From a virus (taxonomy: Duplodnaviria > Caudoviricetes), in IMG/VR virus record IMGVR_UViG_3300035498_000877, positions 192,001 to 256,000 of that record: 64,000 nucleotides of DNA. The stretch is one strand, 5' to 3'. The notes below the pieces were generated by a model that was not told where the DNA came from, did not search any database, and was given only the letters and a program-made list of their open reading frames with translations. Positions 61,219-64,000 of this stretch are shown one piece after another (positions within the stretch are counted from its first letter, which is position 1; each line of letters begins with the position of its first letter). The translations under genes and the position numbers were made by a program.

Positions 61219-62916
61219 ATGAAAGTAGTATTAAAAGAATGGCTCAAAGATAAAACTGCATGTGGATTAATGGTGATATGGTTTATTGCTCAAGTTATAG
61301 CAACATACATCAGTGTATTTACAATATCAATTGTATCAGATACAATTGCTGACATTGATAATATGTCTTATCACATGCCACGATTGATAGCATTTCTTAC
61401 AGCCTCAATAATCATACAAGTGATAACTACTTATTGCAGGCCAAGAGCTATAAATCATTTGTACTCATTTTTGTATGATCAGTATAATGGCAAAATCTTG
61501 GATTCAGATTATGATTTGTATTCCAAGTATTCAGCTGTAAAGATTGATACAATATCTGATTTCATATGGAAGATTACAAATGTTGGGAGATCTACATTGA
61601 ATCAAATCATTAGTGCTATAAGTATTGTAGTAACATTGATTGCAATGTGGAAAATCGCTGGTGAAGTAGTTTTCCCTATACTTGGAATTTATTTACTAGC
61701 AGCATTGCTTCTTAAAGTATTATTCAAGAAATATGATGAAATGCATCAAAAAGCTACAAAGATTATGCATAAGAGAAATCAGGAATTCGAGAATATGATT
61801 AATGGATTCCAAGAAGTTAGATCATTCAATCTCAGCAATAAATATCGTAAGAATATTCATGAAATGAATATGGAAACAATGAGATTGATGAACAAGAAAA
61901 ATTTACTTAATATTCCTATTGATTTTAGTATAGAAGTAATTGATACTGTTGCATTAATCATTATAATATTCTATGCAGCAAAATTAATGGGAATGAATGT
62001 ACTAACTCAGTCAGCAGCAATGAGTTTGGTAATGTATGTATGGAGGATAATTAATCCGATAATTAATATCGTTGATTATTTCGACCAACTATCTGATGAT
62101 CTATCATTGAAGAAAGATTATGAAGAGATTATGAGTTACCAAAATAAGACAATAGATTCTGGTACAATAAATCTTCAATCTTTCGAAGATAAGATCGAGC
62201 TGAAACACGTTGGTTTTGCATATAATGATTCATCGACTATTCTTAATGATGTTTCTATGGTCATTAAGAAAGGTCAGAGGATTGGTATATGTGGAGTATC
62301 TGGAGGTGGCAAGACAACTTTGTTCAAATTATTGAACAAGTTCTATCAAGTTACCAAAGGAGAAATTGCCATTGATGGTATTAATTTAAATGATATCAGC
62401 AGTGAGAGTTATCGTAAGTTTGTTGGTACTGTCCATCAAGATAATACTATATTCCCTGGTACAATAAAAGAGAATATTGCATATGGTGTATCTTCATATA
62501 CTGAGTACGAACTCATAGAAGCTTGCAAGAAAGCAAATATCTATGAATTCATAATGGGATTAGAGAAGAAGTTCGACACTGAAGTAGGACCGAGAGGTGT
62601 TAAACTATCAGGTGGTCAGAGACAACGTATAGCACTTGCCAGGGTGTTTATGGTAAACCCAGAAATCATTTTATTAGATGAAGCTACATCTGCTTTAGAT
62701 TCAGAATCAGAAACTATGATACAAGATGCAATAGACAATACTAAAGACAAAACTATTATAACCATAGCCCATAGGCTCGATACGATCAAGAACTGTGATT
62801 GTATTTATGTAATGGGAAATCATAAGATAGTAGAGTCAGGCACTTATGATGAACTGATTAATCAACATGGAATATTCTATTCCATGGTCAATACAAAAAA
62901 TAAAGAGAGACAATAA
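61219..62916 (+). CDS. ABC exporter, fused permease and ATPase (MsbA/MdlB-like)
   Basis: multiple TM helices; Walker A GVSGGGKTT, LSGGQRQR, ILLDEATSALD, IAHRL. Confidence 0.9.
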   Translation: MKVVLKEWLKDKTACGLMVIWFIAQVIATYISVFTISIVSDTIADIDNMSYHMPRLIAFLTASIIIQVITTYCRPRAINHLYSFLYDQYNGKILDSDYDLYSKYSAVKIDTISDFIWKITNVGRSTLNQIISAISIVVTLIAMWKIAGEVVFPILGIYLLAALLLKVLFKKYDEMHQKATKIMHKRNQEFENMINGFQEVRSFNLSNKYRKNIHEMNMETMRLMNKKNLLNIPIDFSIEVIDTVALIIIIFYAAKLMGMNVLTQSAAMSLVMYVWRIINPIINIVDYFDQLSDDLSLKKDYEEIMSYQNKTIDSGTINLQSFEDKIELKHVGFAYNDSSTILNDVSMVIKKGQRIGICGVSGGGKTTLFKLLNKFYQVTKGEIAIDGINLNDISSESYRKFVGTVHQDNTIFPGTIKENIAYGVSSYTEYELIEACKKANIYEFIMGLEKKFDTEVGPRGVKLSGGQRQRIALARVFMVNPEIILLDEATSALDSESETMIQDAIDNTKDKTIITIAHRLDTIKNCDCIYVMGNHKIVESGTYDELINQHGIFYSMVNTKNKERQ

Positions 62917-62930
62917 GCCTCTCTTTATTT

Positions 62931-64000
62931 TTAATAATCGAACATTCTTTCATCAAATTTTTGTTCTGCTGGTTCCATAAATGGAAGATGCCTATTCAGA
63001 TCTGGTACTATGTATTTCTTTATATTTTCCCATATAGGTTTCTCATCTTTTTCTTTATAGATCTCTTTGAATGAGAATGTGAATGATGGATCATCCCTAA
63101 ACTTCATTCTTGATTTGTTTCCTTCAATCAATCCATTATCTTTTCCATACATGATCATAGAACGTAGTGGATCAAATCCATCTCTAAATGCAAATACCAT
63201 TAAGAATGATATTCCCTTACTATTATTACCTGATTGATTTGATGAACTCTTTATAGGTTCTACCATTACCATATGTCCTGCAAATCCATCTGATTCCTCA
63301 GTAAAATCATCTGATGGTTTAGCTGTTAATTTGACTATGTTATATGGAGAGTAAAGCATCATTCTTCCACCAGGAATTGATTCATCCTGTTTTAAGAAAT
63401 TCTGTTGTTTAGCTACAGGTATAAATGCATTCATACTCATATTGAAGTTAATATGACTAATTCCATATACAATGATATTCGCTTCCTTACATAATGGAAT
63501 TATATCCTTTAGAAATCCTTTTAATGTTTTAGCATCTCTTGCTCCTTCAGTATTACCTCTTATCTTCTCTGCTTCACTAGCTTCTTTATTACTCTCAGCA
63601 TTAAAGGTATCATTCATTACAGTAGTTAAAGAATCTATAATCACAACGGTAGGTTGATATATCATTACATCTTTTCCAAATTCATTCTTGAATCCAGATT
63701 TAACCATCAACTGCTCTTTCAGTCTTACTTTAGTTACATATAATTTTACTATCATCTCTTGAATAGTATCAAGACCAACACCAGCTCCAGACTTCAATGT
63801 ATATCTACTATTTCCTTCACCATCATCAAAATAACTAGCAGGAAGTTTAGTAATATTTTCACATCTAGAAATATCAGTTCTGTTTTCACAATCATAATGA
63901 ATTACATTTGCATATGGATATTGCCTAATGATATTTCCAGCAATTTGTACTGCTAATGTTGTTTTACCTGATCCTGTATTTCCTATTATCAAGTTAAATG
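62931..64000 (-). CDS. RecA/UvsX-like recombinase (5' end outside the window)
   Basis: GNTGSGKTT, YDCE, VIIDSL, IPGG; frame open to window edge. Confidence 0.75.
   Translation of the reverse strand, partial: FNLIIGNTGSGKTTLAVQIAGNIIRQYPYANVIHYDCENRTDISRCENITKLPASYFDDGEGNSRYTLKSGAGVGLDTIQEMIVKLYVTKVRLKEQLMVKSGFKNEFGKDVMIYQPTVVIIDSLTTVMNDTFNAESNKEASEAEKIRGNTEGARDAKTLKGFLKDIIPLCKEANIIVYGISHINFNMSMNAFIPVAKQQNFLKQDESIPGGRMMLYSPYNIVKLTAKPSDDFTEESDGFAGHMVMVEPIKSSSNQSGNNSKGISFLMVFAFRDGFDPLRSMIMYGKDNGLIEGNKSRMKFRDDPSFTFSFKEIYKEKDEKPIWENIKKYIVPDLNRHLPFMEPAEQKFDERMFDY

Noticed and set aside
1-64000. CRISPR array, tRNA, rRNA, transposase, reverse transcriptase or diversity-generating retroelement
   Set aside because: No regularly spaced repeats, cloverleaf or matching protein motifs seen by eye; tRNAscan and repeat finders were not run
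1-64000. Phage nucleus (chimallin) or tubulin genes
   Set aside because: No recognisable motifs in this window; cannot be judged for the rest of the genome

Overview
This 64-kb window is a very AT-rich segment of a jumbo (phiKZ/AR9/PBS1-like) bacteriophage. Strong AGGAGG Shine-Dalgarno sites, a class III ribonucleotide reductase and a Gram-positive-type endolysin point to an anaerobic Firmicute (Clostridia-like) host. Recognisable genes: a beta-like subunit of a multisubunit RNA polymerase, one half of a split family-B DNA polymerase plus a minimal polymerase-like protein, GyrB, NrdD/NrdG, a ThyX-like protein, RNase HI, a 5'-3' exonuclease, RecA/UvsX (truncated at the window edge), a T4 gp21-type prohead protease, a 3124-aa tail protein with three cell-wall hydrolase domains, an endolysin, a kinase-like protein, an HD hydrolase and an ABC exporter. 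Features the ORF track misses: (i) four ORF-less group I introns (gyrB, RNAP beta, two in nrdD), each placed to the base by its U-G P1 helix and terminal G; the gyrB intron and second nrdD intron are close sisters with re-written guide sequences; (ii) two mini-inteins in nrdD, so four conserved NrdD motifs are interrupted; (iii) a promoter-driven, terminator-bounded ~225-nt unbranched rod RNA with a central bubble (24920-25144) resembling 6S RNA, a candidate decoy for host RNA polymerase; (iv) about 17 copies of an ATATATT(A/C)T promoter-like motif, several in repeated terminator-promoter-RBS cassettes around accessory genes; (v) paralogous early-gene families and several unlisted small ORFs. 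All functional calls come from motif reading by eye; no searches or folding programs were run.
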